DNA from: Candidatus Altiarchaeota archaeon
GTDB taxonomy: Archaea > Altiarchaeota > Altiarchaeia > IMC4 > SCGC-AAA252-I15
Assembly: GCA_043804895.1 (NCBI GenBank)
Contig: JAZDIN010000056.1
Location: 1-11,926 of the forward strand
Direction of reading: 5' to 3'
Length of the DNA stretch: 11,926 nt
In this document: positions 1 to 7,552 of the stretch, piece after piece
Layout of the letters: every line of letters begins with the position of its first letter
How positions within the stretch are numbered: the stretch's first letter is position 1
Translations under genes and position numbers: made by a program
The notes under the pieces: model-generated
What the model was told of the DNA's origin: nothing
Database searches by the model: none
Seen by the model: the letters and a program-made list of their open reading frames with translations, nothing else

Positions 1-1
1 C

Positions 2-133
2 CCGGTCATGGCAGGCGCAGTTGAAGTCAGAACACAACCTACGGGCCGCAACCTCATAGCTGCCAGCACTCCAAGCCAAGGCCTGCTGAGGCAAAGCCAG
101 CAAAACAAGCAAGACCAGAATATTCCTTAACAT
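2..133 (-). CDS. Secreted protein, N-terminal fragment running off the window edge; possible PLC/P1-nuclease-like N-terminus
   Basis: Hand translation from ATG 133: MLRNILVLLVLLALPQQALA-WSAGSYEVAARRLCSDFNCACHDR... Clear signal peptide with ALA cleavage site followed by Trp, as in the 1087-2205 protein. Not in the ORF track. Confidence 0.75.
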   Translation of the reverse strand, partial: MLRNILVLLVLLALPQQALAWSAGSYEVAARRLCSDFNCACHDR

Positions 134-224
134 GACCACAACCCCCTACACTAGTTTATTGGACTCACGAACATAAAAAGAAACGTAAGGTTAATAGGAT
201 ATATTGAGCGTATATCTATTGAAG

Positions 225-813
225 ATGACGGATGATGTAGGAGTGCTAAGATTTAATGCAAGTGATGAGCTTCCGCCTGACAAGGCCAGGTTCTACATTA
301 CACTACCCATAACTGTGAGGGCAGTTAAGGTGGATGCGCCATTCAGTGTGCAGACGATGGAGGGCGTATGCTCTGGCGGAAGTGGGGACTATCTTGTGGA
401 AGGCATCAGAGGAGAACTCTACCCCTGCAGTGCGGAGATATTTCAGGAGAGATACGGAAAGCAGGAGGATATAGGGTATTCCCCGAGAGTCAGGGCGTAA
501 TAGAACGAATGCCAGATAAGGCTAAGGAGTACACCAGACACCGTATCATGACAATGGCTGCGAAGATGGATAAGCCATTTGAGGTGACAGCGACCGACTC
601 CACTGGGCAGCCGTATTCGATGAAAGGTGCGGCTGGAGATTACCTCGTTTGCAATCCTAAAGGGAAACTGTACATAGTAAACCGCACATTTTCGACGAAA
701 CCCACACAGGTATCGTAAACCAGGATAAACCGTTGGAGAGGCTAGACCCAGCGACCATAGTTGTTCCGGATTTGATGCGACAGATAGCGGAAAAGCCCAG
801 AACACGCGTCTGA
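225..813 (+). pseudogene. Tandem PGDYG-like (TxEG...GDYxV...GExYP...IFxxxY) domain gene, apparently broken by frameshifts
   Basis: 225-500 encodes TMEGVCSGGSGDYLVEGIRGELYPCSAEIFQERY. The frame containing 509-718 encodes a second copy (MPDKAKEY...AAKMDKPFEV...GAAGDYLVCNPKGKLYIVNR). Its expected IFxETx motif (IFDETH) lies in a third frame from 688, open to TGA 811-813. Confidence 0.6.
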
Positions 814-818
814 GAGTG

Positions 819-986
819 TTATCTTTCAAGTACCGTATCGCGTATTCTCCCAACCACATACCAGAACGACAGAGCCACGACCGCGAATGCCACTATGCCA
901 AGCTGGCTTCTGATGTTAAGGTACGCCAGGTAGCCTAACACTAGCAGGACGAGAAGCCATAAGACGTAATAAACGAACCTGTTCAT
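819..986 (-). CDS. 55-aa membrane microprotein with two predicted TM helices
   Basis: MNRFVYYVLWLLVLLVLGYLAYLNIRSQLGIVAFAVVALSFWYVVGRIRDTVLER*. Two hydrophobic stretches; the start overlaps the upstream stop (ATGA, 983-986). Confidence 0.7.
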   Translation of the reverse strand: MNRFVYYVLWLLVLLVLGYLAYLNIRSQLGIVAFAVVALSFWYVVGRIRDTVLER

Positions 987-1084
987 CCCTTAGAAAGCCA
1001 CGCCCTCATGAGTTTCCGCTTCCGCCTCTTCTCCAACTTTGTTAAATCCGCGTCCTCATCGGACTCCTTCTTCCTTTCTCGCAT
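983..1084 (-). CDS. 33-aa highly charged microprotein
   Basis: MRERKKESDEDADLTKLEKRRKRKLMRAWLSKG*. AGGTGA SD at 1091-1096, 6 nt before the ATG. Fills the gap between its neighbours with an ATGA overlap. Confidence 0.6.
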   Translation of the reverse strand: MRERKKESDEDADLTKLEKRRKRKLMRAWLSKG

Positions 1085-1086
1085 AT

Positions 1087-2205
1087 TCAATCACCTGCCT
1101 TAATCTCAACCAAAATCGTCTCCCTGTTATCAGACCACGCCCGCACAGTGTCAGCAGCCTCGTTGCCAGCCAAGACTATGACCGTTTGGTCTTGAGCCCA
1201 ATGACCTTTCACAGTGAACATGACATCAGATCCTGGTGCCATAAGGGATTCCTTCGCACCAGCAGGTAACAACAGGCCGGAGACCGCCCCAACACCCTCA
1301 GGGGAGTTATGCCCCCCGAGTATTATTATGCGACGGTTGTACTTAAGTTTTTCAAAGCCGGGAGCGTCAGAGTACACGACGCCAACCCCGCTCGCCTTCA
1401 GGTATTCTACAAAACCGGAGGCCATCCCATAGTCTATGCTGTTGCCCAAAAGCACGACACCCCTCCCAGGACCGTAAGGTATGGACTTCAGCTGCGACCC
1501 TCGGGATGCGAGGCCAGATATTATCCTGTTGACCGTGTTACTTGACTCGCCTAACACCTGATAGTACTGGTTGTGCTCCATGCCTTGATTGCCATTGTCG
1601 AACTTGCACCGTTGACTCGAACTCCAGTCAGTAAGGCCATTGCTTATGGAACGATCTATGCTATCCTCGATGTTCCCAACACAGTCATTAGCCACGAGCC
1701 TGACCTGGTGGAGGGTACTTTCTGAATCCGCGTAGTATGAGGCTCCGACGCAGAAATAGTATATCCGCTCACAAAGGTTAGAGGCCCCCTCAGCAGCTTT
1801 GAACCATTTCTCCGATATGGAGTATGCGGGACGGTCCTGCGGGTCGCCGCAAACCCACTTCTCGCCGCCGCTTTTTATCGGGCAGTGGCTGAAGTCATAG
1901 TGGTTCCCCACATCACCGAAGACGTCGTATGATAGGAGGGAGGGATGAATCTCGGTTGCATTTGAAAGATGCATCTCGCACTTGGACTCATAATCTGCGC
2001 CCATAACACGGTAGGTCGTCTCACATACGCTTGAGAACGAACCTTTATCTGCCAAAGGAAGACACTCCGCCACCGCATCCACACCCCATGCGAACTTAAC
2101 AGCCTCATGGCAGATGAACTTGCTAGCTACCGGACCCCACGCGGAGCCGGAAGGGCAAAGGAGGAGCGTCACAAACAAAGCGGCAAGTAAGAGCTTGGAA
2201 TCCAT
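1087..2205 (-). CDS. Secreted protein: degenerate zinc PLC/P1-nuclease-like domain plus C-terminal S-layer-associated-type alpha/beta domain
   Basis: 372 aa; signal peptide ending GSA-W; GASYYADSESTLH resembles the PLC/P1 HYxxDxxxPxH motif; the C-terminal NSID...IIILGGHNSPEGVG...VIVLAG pattern resembles archaeal S-layer-associated domains. Recognised by eye only. Confidence 0.55.
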   Translation of the reverse strand: MDSKLLLAALFVTLLLCPSGSAWGPVASKFICHEAVKFAWGVDAVAECLPLADKGSFSSVCETTYRVMGADYESKCEMHLSNATEIHPSLLSYDVFGDVGNHYDFSHCPIKSGGEKWVCGDPQDRPAYSISEKWFKAAEGASNLCERIYYFCVGASYYADSESTLHQVRLVANDCVGNIEDSIDRSISNGLTDWSSSQRCKFDNGNQGMEHNQYYQVLGESSNTVNRIISGLASRGSQLKSIPYGPGRGVVLLGNSIDYGMASGFVEYLKASGVGVVYSDAPGFEKLKYNRRIIILGGHNSPEGVGAVSGLLLPAGAKESLMAPGSDVMFTVKGHWAQDQTVIVLAGNEAADTVRAWSDNRETILVEIKAGD

Positions 2206-2236
2206 GGTACAGAATAGGGTTAGGCCATTAAATACA

Positions 2237-2974
2237 CTACTCTATCCACTTATCCAACGTATGTTTCCTGCGCTCCAGCTTCAGTTTCCGCACGTTGAAT
2301 TTCCGGAATTCAAGACCCTCCTTCCTCAGGAGAGTTAACGCGTTAGGCGCGACAGCCGGCGCCATAAGTATGCCCCGCACACCCTGCTTCAAGTGTTCGG
2401 CAAGCCAGTCCCTGTAACGCTTCAACTGCAGGGCCGCCGGCAGGCCGGCAGTCACCGACTTCAACTCCACAACAGCATACGAGCCGCCAATCCTGCCGTA
2501 AAGGTCGAAGAACCCGAGGGGACTGTGGTATTCGACGCTCTTGAGCGTGAAGTCAGCGTCGACTTCGCCTGGGTGGGCTGCAAGCCAGTCCCTCATATCA
2601 CGCTCCGTGTGAGTTAAATCAAGTTTCTCCCGGTCTGATAGAGCCTCAAAGGAGTGGTAGCCGATGACACGCTCGATTGTTATCCTGATCTCCTCGAACG
2701 GCTTCACAGTCCTCTGGCTGAAGACAACAAGCCTACCCCCATCAACGCTGGCTGTAGTGTCACAGGGGGGGCTCATCCAATTCACAGGCTTAAAGCCTGA
2801 AGGCGAATGGACAATCAACGTCGAATCAGGCTTGAACAGGATTATCCTATCCCCTAACCCTATCACAGAACGGCTCCTGCCCCAGTACTCAATGCTGCAG
2901 GAGCATACAACCACTATAGTCTTAGAATCCCCTAAGTCGCCGAGAAAACGCTCCAGAAGCGGATCAGAATCCAT
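2237..2974 (-). CDS. nucS: Endonuclease NucS/EndoMS (mismatch-specific)
   Basis: 245 aa; YWGRSRS...GDRIILFKPDSTLIVH...KPVNW N-terminal domain; RecB-like D...VVELK...QLKRY catalytic motifs; GILMAP; PIP-box-like C-terminus KHTLDKWI. Confidence 0.95.
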   Translation of the reverse strand: MDSDPLLERFLGDLGDSKTIVVVCSCSIEYWGRSRSVIGLGDRIILFKPDSTLIVHSPSGFKPVNWMSPPCDTTASVDGGRLVVFSQRTVKPFEEIRITIERVIGYHSFEALSDREKLDLTHTERDMRDWLAAHPGEVDADFTLKSVEYHSPLGFFDLYGRIGGSYAVVELKSVTAGLPAALQLKRYRDWLAEHLKQGVRGILMAPAVAPNALTLLRKEGLEFRKFNVRKLKLERRKHTLDKWIE

Positions 2975-2988
2975 AAAGGAGTAAAGAT

Positions 2989-3016
2989 GAAAATAAAATA
3001 AAAAAGGAAAAGAAGG
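2989..3016 (-). terminator. Oligo-T archaeal terminator downstream of the histone gene
   Basis: A-rich tract on + (aaaataaaataaaaaaggaaaagaagg) reads as consecutive T-runs on -, about 10 nt after the histone stop. Confidence 0.55.
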
Positions 3017-3024
3017 ATAGGGAT

Positions 3025-3195
3025 TTAGAGGTCCCTAGCCTTGAGTGTGCTGCGGTTGTTGTCCTTACAGCGCTTCTTAGCCTTGTTGATTAAGACTTCA
3101 ACTTCGCCGTTGAGGGCGTCGTAAAATTCTGCTCCAACACTCATGTCCTTTCCAACGTATTCCTTTACCTTCGATTTAACAATCAAATCTGCCAT
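3025..3195 (-). CDS. Histone-fold protein, short-alpha3 type (DUF1931 / face-to-face histone family), 56 aa
   Basis: MADLIVKSKVKEYVGKDMSVGAEFYDALNGEVEVLINKAKKRCKDNNRSTLKARDL*. RxTLxxxDL end with R-D clamp and truncated alpha3; AGGTGA SD at 3201-3206; T-rich terminator. Below the ORF-track size cutoff. Confidence 0.92.
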   Translation of the reverse strand: MADLIVKSKVKEYVGKDMSVGAEFYDALNGEVEVLINKAKKRCKDNNRSTLKARDL

Positions 3196-3248
3196 TTCAT
3201 TCACCTATTTCCTCTTCGAAAAGAGATAATAAGTATATGTTAGGAACC

Positions 3249-3256
3249 TTTAAAAG
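3249..3256 (-). promoter_or_regulatory. Candidate TATA box of the histone gene
   Basis: CTTTTAAA on -, about 55 nt upstream of the ATG, compatible with a leadered, SD-containing mRNA. Confidence 0.4.
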
Positions 3257-3289
3257 CGTTCATTTAAGGCCTCCAGAGCATACGGCAGC

Positions 3290-4159
3290 CTAATCGCTCC
3301 TCGCGCCAGGGCCCTTGTCAACCTCCCCATATAGTGCCTTCACATCGAAACACAGCGAACCCTTACACGTCAAATAGACTGCACCGTCGGTTGAACACAA
3401 CTCACCATCATCACATACATATGAAGGCATCTTGAGCGCCCCCTTATAGCGGGAATCATAACAAACACCCTCAATGCAAGGATTAGTTGGCCCGCAGTAG
3501 TCTGAAACCCGGCTCATGACATGTTGCGTGCAGAAGGAACTGTACCTGCCATGGTTCCTGCACTCAAAGGTTACGTAATCCTGGTACACTGAACCTTCCC
3601 TACAGTACCCAGAACCCCACCGTGGGATGCCGCAACTAGCATTAGTGGTGCACTGTATGACACAAGCAGGACATGAGCCTCCACAGTCAACACCAACCTC
3701 ATCACCATCCCTCAGGCCGTTATTACATGAGACGCACAGCTGACATGGCCCCCCGCAGTCGACGCCAGACTCATTCTGGTTCCTAACGCCATCAGTACAT
3801 GAAGGCCCAGGATTGCACACCGACTTCCCTGGAACACAAACTTCATCAGGCATGCACCACTCAAAAACCTCACGCACAAGAGACCCAACGCACGTCGCAT
3901 TAGGGAGGCCTCGGTCGACGCAAGTATAGTTTATGTGGTCTTTCGCCACGAAATCCTTCCAGCAAACGTAGTCGGTCTCACCGCTTAAGCCGCAGTCCAA
4001 GTCGATGATACACGCCACAACAACAGAGGAAACATTAGTAGCGTTGTAGGAGGCTGCAGTAGACAGGTTAGACTCTTTAGGCAACTCCGCAACCCTCATG
4101 TTGTAGGCGACGAACACGACAACCAAGACGACACCAAGAGCCACAACATACTTCCACAT
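3290..4159 (-). CDS. Membrane-anchored cysteine-rich surface protein (289 aa)
   Basis: Start re-assigned to ATG 4159 (MWKYVVALGVVLVVVFVAY, TM anchor). Two tandem CxxGxRxxxExGVDCGGxCxxC repeats flanked by two copies of a C...C...C...xxxDxxxxxCxxxG...xxC...xxC.P...CxxG module. Confidence 0.85.
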   Translation of the reverse strand: MWKYVVALGVVLVVVFVAYNMRVAELPKESNLSTAASYNATNVSSVVVACIIDLDCGLSGETDYVCWKDFVAKDHINYTCVDRGLPNATCVGSLVREVFEWCMPDEVCVPGKSVCNPGPSCTDGVRNQNESGVDCGGPCQLCVSCNNGLRDGDEVGVDCGGSCPACVIQCTTNASCGIPRWGSGYCREGSVYQDYVTFECRNHGRYSSFCTQHVMSRVSDYCGPTNPCIEGVCYDSRYKGALKMPSYVCDDGELCSTDGAVYLTCKGSLCFDVKALYGEVDKGPGARSD

Positions 4160-4262
4160 ATGCTTTACTTCGGAAGGGAGACCATAAATACTCACAGGCT
4201 TCAGCCTGTGGTATTTATAAGAAAGCCACACGACCCATATTCATCCAATTTCGTTATAAATA

Positions 4263-4616
4263 CTACCTGGAGGCGCCAGCGACAGGCTTCAAAGAAGAAC
4301 AATCAGGTTTGCCAACAACGGAGGTTGACTCTAAAGGAGATTGTGCATTCAGGTACTCACTCCACCCGAGGGCAAAACGGAGCATGAGACCCTCACCCTC
4401 CAAAGGAACCCTCAAACCAGGCGAAATAAGCCTCTCCTGACCCTCCTCAGTAAGCTTCACCTCAACAACAACCCCGCCGCACGCATCATCCACAGGGTGC
4501 ACCAGGAGGCCGACAACACACCCCCTCCTCAACTCACCCCCCGCCCGAGCCGAATCAGTCAACTCCACAGGGATGCCCCGTATATAACTCAACCCGTCAA
4601 CTACAACCTCAAACAT
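4263..4616 (-). CDS. Hypothetical protein (117 aa)
   Basis: Non-overlapping 3' part of track ORF 4263-4937, from ATG 4616 (MFEVVVDGLSYIRGIPVELT...). Protein-like composition and co-oriented with the downstream gene; no family recognised. Confidence 0.4.
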   Translation of the reverse strand: MFEVVVDGLSYIRGIPVELTDSARAGGELRRGCVVGLLVHPVDDACGGVVVEVKLTEEGQERLISPGLRVPLEGEGLMLRFALGWSEYLNAQSPLESTSVVGKPDCSSLKPVAGASR

Positions 4617-4732
4617 TTCCAAACGCCCCCAAACAAAAAAACATCTTAAGTTATGGCCGAACCAGTATAAAAAGTCCCGACAAAACAGCAAGCTTATATT
4701 CACAAAAGCATCTACCAACAAGCCTGATGCAG

Positions 4733-4740
4733 TATAAATA
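4733..4740 (+). promoter_or_regulatory. TATA box, probable leaderless transcript of the nucleotidyltransferase operon
   Basis: TATAAATA ending 28 nt before ATG 4768; no SD in between. Confidence 0.5.
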
Positions 4741-4767
4741 ATTAAGCTCTCCCAATTACTAACACCG

Positions 4768-5349
4768 ATGAAATTCCTAAAGGACAGCGTCATTAAGGTC
4801 GATAGAGAGTTATCTGATTTGGACCGTTTCACATTAGATTTCATAAAAATACTGCGTAAACACACCACATATGTTATCGTCAGCGGATATGTTTCGATAC
4901 TGCTTGGCCGGGCACGCTCAAGCGAAGACGTAGACATAATCGTGCCAAGAATGGACTACGCCAGCTTTTCGAAGCTTGCGGACGATATAAAAGGCGGGGG
5001 CTTCTGGTGCCTGCAAGCTGAAAGGAACAGGAGTATATACGAGTACTTCCAGGACAGAATCGCAGTCAGGTTCGCGAAGAAGGATGCAGTGATACCCAAC
5101 ATAGAGCTTAAATGCGCTAAAAACAGGGCAGACGAAATCGCACTTGATGAGGCCATGACCGTCAAGCTGGACGGCGACGAACTCACCATATCCAATTTAG
5201 AACTGCAGGTCGCCTTCAAGGAGGCGGTCCTGAAGTCGCCGAAGGACATGGAAGACGCGAAACACATAAGGAACATAATGGGGGCCAAGTTAGACAAAGA
5301 TAGGGTTAGAGGGTATAGGAGGATACTTCATGGGATTTACAGAGGATAA
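4768..5349 (+). CDS. Pol-beta-superfamily nucleotidyltransferase (DUF6036/AbiEii-like)
   Basis: 193 aa; YVIVSGYVSILLGRARSSEDVDII matches the hhGGxA...RxTxDhDhh signature; C-terminal K...SPKDMEDA matches the K...RxKDxxD motif. Confidence 0.75.
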   Translation: MKFLKDSVIKVDRELSDLDRFTLDFIKILRKHTTYVIVSGYVSILLGRARSSEDVDIIVPRMDYASFSKLADDIKGGGFWCLQAERNRSIYEYFQDRIAVRFAKKDAVIPNIELKCAKNRADEIALDEAMTVKLDGDELTISNLELQVAFKEAVLKSPKDMEDAKHIRNIMGAKLDKDRVRGYRRILHGIYRG

Positions 5350-5506
5350 CAACAGGGAGAGGATGAAGTTCGTTGACTTATGGTCGAAATACGTGCTGGA
5401 ACATGACGACAAAAACTGGTCACGCCAACAGAACATAATCATTAACTCAAGCCTGAGAACCGCCCACATGACCAAAAAACAGTACCTGCAAATGATGAGA
5501 AAGTAG
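5330..5506 (+). CDS. 58-aa helical partner of the nucleotidyltransferase (putative antitoxin)
   Basis: MGFTEDNNRERMKFVDLWSKYVLEHDDKNWSRQQNIIINSSLRTAHMTKKQYLQMMRK*. AGGAGG SD upstream; 20-nt overlap with the NTase gene. Not in the ORF track. Confidence 0.8.
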   Translation: MGFTEDNNRERMKFVDLWSKYVLEHDDKNWSRQQNIIINSSLRTAHMTKKQYLQMMRK

Positions 5507-5557
5507 CCCCGCCAGGGATAACCGTCCCAGTTCTTATTCCTTACATATTATCTGATG

Positions 5558-5581
5558 AGGGTATATAAATCCATATACCCT
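5558..5581. promoter_or_regulatory. Palindromic operator overlapping the TATA box of the wHTH/RelE-like operon
   Basis: AGGGTATAT-aaatcc-ATATACCCT, a perfect 9-bp inverted repeat; TATATAAA at 5562-5569, ending 23 nt before ATG 5592. Confidence 0.7.
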
Positions 5582-5591
5582 ATAATTTTTC

Positions 5592-5855
5592 ATGGAAGTC
5601 ATCCACTACCCCCGGTTAGACACTGTTTTGAATGTTGAGGGATTCATCAAGTCAAACAGTGGCTCATACAAGAAGAAGGACCTCTGGAGCAGGCTGCCGA
5701 AGAAGATGATGTACCAGACATACTGCGTAATCTTCGATTATTTGGAAAAATCAGGGAAAATTGCCAGAGACAGCGAAGACAAGGTGGCGTGGATATGGGA
5801 CCCGGACGGTGTCAGAAAGTATCTGAGCAAGCCCCACCTTGAGTGGAAGGGATAA
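5592..5855 (+). CDS. Small winged-helix-like protein, putative antitoxin/autorepressor
   Basis: 87 aa; KKDLWSRLPKKMMYQTYCVIFDYLEKSGKI has an HTH-wing pattern (LxxxGxI); TAATG-coupled to the RelE-like gene. Confidence 0.7.
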   Translation: MEVIHYPRLDTVLNVEGFIKSNSGSYKKKDLWSRLPKKMMYQTYCVIFDYLEKSGKIARDSEDKVAWIWDPDGVRKYLSKPHLEWKG

Positions 5856-6190
5856 TGATGAAGTGCAGAGTATTCTTTGCTGACGAAAAAATCAGCGAAT
5901 CATATGAGTCACTCAAGGATTCCAAGACAGAAGACAGAAAACTGCATGAATGGATATCCCGCGCCCTAAAAGACATCAAAGAAGACTGTTTCTGCGGCAT
6001 CCAAATACCGAAGAAACAAATCCCCAAGGACTACATCCAAAAGTATCAGGCAGACAATCTGTGGAAGTATAACCTCCCCAACGCGTGGAGGCTAATCTAC
6101 ACAGTAAAGAGGGACGAAGTCGAAATAATCTCCATAGTCCTAGAATGGATGGACCACACACAATACAACAGAAAACTAGGATACAAGTAA
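5855..6190 (+). CDS. RelE/ParE-superfamily toxin-like protein (111 aa)
   Basis: Start at ATG 5855 overlapping the upstream TAA. LWKYNLPNAWRLIYTV...IVLEWMDHTQYNRKLGY fits the RelE-fold beta-strand / RhhY / C-terminal H...Y pattern. Confidence 0.7.
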   Translation: MMKCRVFFADEKISESYESLKDSKTEDRKLHEWISRALKDIKEDCFCGIQIPKKQIPKDYIQKYQADNLWKYNLPNAWRLIYTVKRDEVEIISIVLEWMDHTQYNRKLGYK

Positions 6191-6325
6191 GAACTCTCGT
6201 CCCGCCAGAAACCGAACAGACGTGGTTCGATTCCCCGAGCACATACAATTTTGTATGTACTTTTGAATAGGTATGGATTTCATAGATAACAGCCTTATTT
6301 GTTGTCCTCAGGAATTCGTGTACTT

Positions 6326-7552
6326 TTACTGTATTAACGTCCAAGTCTCCGTAGAAGTTGAAGTGCCGCACTGATAATCTCCATTATTAAGTTCAAGACA
6401 CATATTTCGGGTAGTGATGCGCTTTAGTGTTTTGCCATCAAAGGGGATGTCAGAAATCGTATAGGTTTTTTTCCAACCCTCCTCTGGAGTCGAATATTCG
6501 TCCATAATTGTCTTCCAATCTTTCTTTTCTTCAGCTAAAACTTTACAGTCCAATTTGACTTTAATATTGCTGATATCACAGTCCTTTCTCCAAGAATCGC
6601 AATCTTGGCTTTTGTATAAGTATTCGCCTGCAGGTATACCACAGGGGGAGATGGTCGTAGTCGCTTTTAATGTAGAGGTTGTTTTTTGTTGGATAGTGGC
6701 TGGTTGCGTGATGATGGTTCCGATAGACTCCAGATTCCTGGCGTTCTCCGCAGTCACCGGCTTATACCCGTTGGGGTCTGTTGCCGACACCTTAGGTAGG
6801 CCGTTCTTTTGTAAAACCTCGTTTATTGCCTCGATGAACATCGGGTCCTTGGAGATGGCTAAGAGATAGTCTTCGAGGTCGGTGGTGGTCGAAGGATTAT
6901 ACTCAAAATACAAGTCTATCGCAGCATACATCCTCTCAAGGCTCTTCGACTCCTCCTTCGGGTCACGCCAACAGAAGCCACCCTTCCCGCTAGGATGGTT
7001 TAGGCCTCCTGGACAATGCCAAGCAGCAGCGACAGTAGTAGTTCTATCTATCGCAAGTTCGATAGTGGCCTTACCAGCCGCCAAATCCGATGGGATGACA
7101 CTCATCAGAGGAGAACCATCAGGAGCCACGGCAGCGACAACAACAGGATAATCCGAATCCAACACCACCCGGTCAATACTGACAGTAAAATCCCCGTTCT
7201 TGTCCGTCGTAGTCGAAGCCCCCGGAACCTTCTCCCACCCATTCTTCCCCGGCCTCACAACAGCCACAGGGGCATTAGAAACACCCCTGCAGACAAACGG
7301 CTCACACGAAGGCCTACTTCGCGTAGACCAAGTACTAGCAACAGCCATGCCCGTCACCTTGGCTCCATCAGAGGATTTGGTGCCTGATGGAACACCGACA
7401 TGACCTTGGATAGTAACCTTATCATTCCCTCCCGCAGCACCAAAAATGCTAAATAATAATGCACCGCCAATCAAAGTGAAGAGAAGGATGAAGAAGACAA
7501 ACGCCGCAAGAAACACAATGACTATCGTCTTGATGGCAAGTTTATCCATCAC
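6326..7552 (-). CDS. Membrane-anchored hypothetical protein (408 aa)
   Basis: Long N-terminal hydrophobic helix; TTTDKNGDFTV (transthyretin-like beta-sandwich motif); Thr-rich linker; small Cys-containing C-terminal domain. Confidence 0.8.
   Translation of the reverse strand: MMDKLAIKTIVIVFLAAFVFFILLFTLIGGALLFSIFGAAGGNDKVTIQGHVGVPSGTKSSDGAKVTGMAVASTWSTRSRPSCEPFVCRGVSNAPVAVVRPGKNGWEKVPGASTTTDKNGDFTVSIDRVVLDSDYPVVVAAVAPDGSPLMSVIPSDLAAGKATIELAIDRTTTVAAAWHCPGGLNHPSGKGGFCWRDPKEESKSLERMYAAIDLYFEYNPSTTTDLEDYLLAISKDPMFIEAINEVLQKNGLPKVSATDPNGYKPVTAENARNLESIGTIITQPATIQQKTTSTLKATTTISPCGIPAGEYLYKSQDCDSWRKDCDISNIKVKLDCKVLAEEKKDWKTIMDEYSTPEEGWKKTYTISDIPFDGKTLKRITTRNMCLELNNGDYQCGTSTSTETWTLIQ

Noticed and set aside
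443-859. Minus-strand 138-aa ORF
   Set aside because: Antisense to recognisable PGDYG-like coding sequence and overlaps the 55-aa membrane ORF out of frame.
4341-4649. Plus-strand 102-aa ORF, and the full-length 4263-4937 minus ORF
   Set aside because: The first has a P/T/N/Q composition typical of an antisense frame. The 5' part of the second overlaps the NTase gene and its promoter, so only 4263-4616 was kept.
6221-6240. GGTTCGATTCC T-loop-like motif as a tRNA fragment or att site
   Set aside because: Only a 2-bp stem, opposite orientation to the tRNA genes and no extended match to either 3' end.
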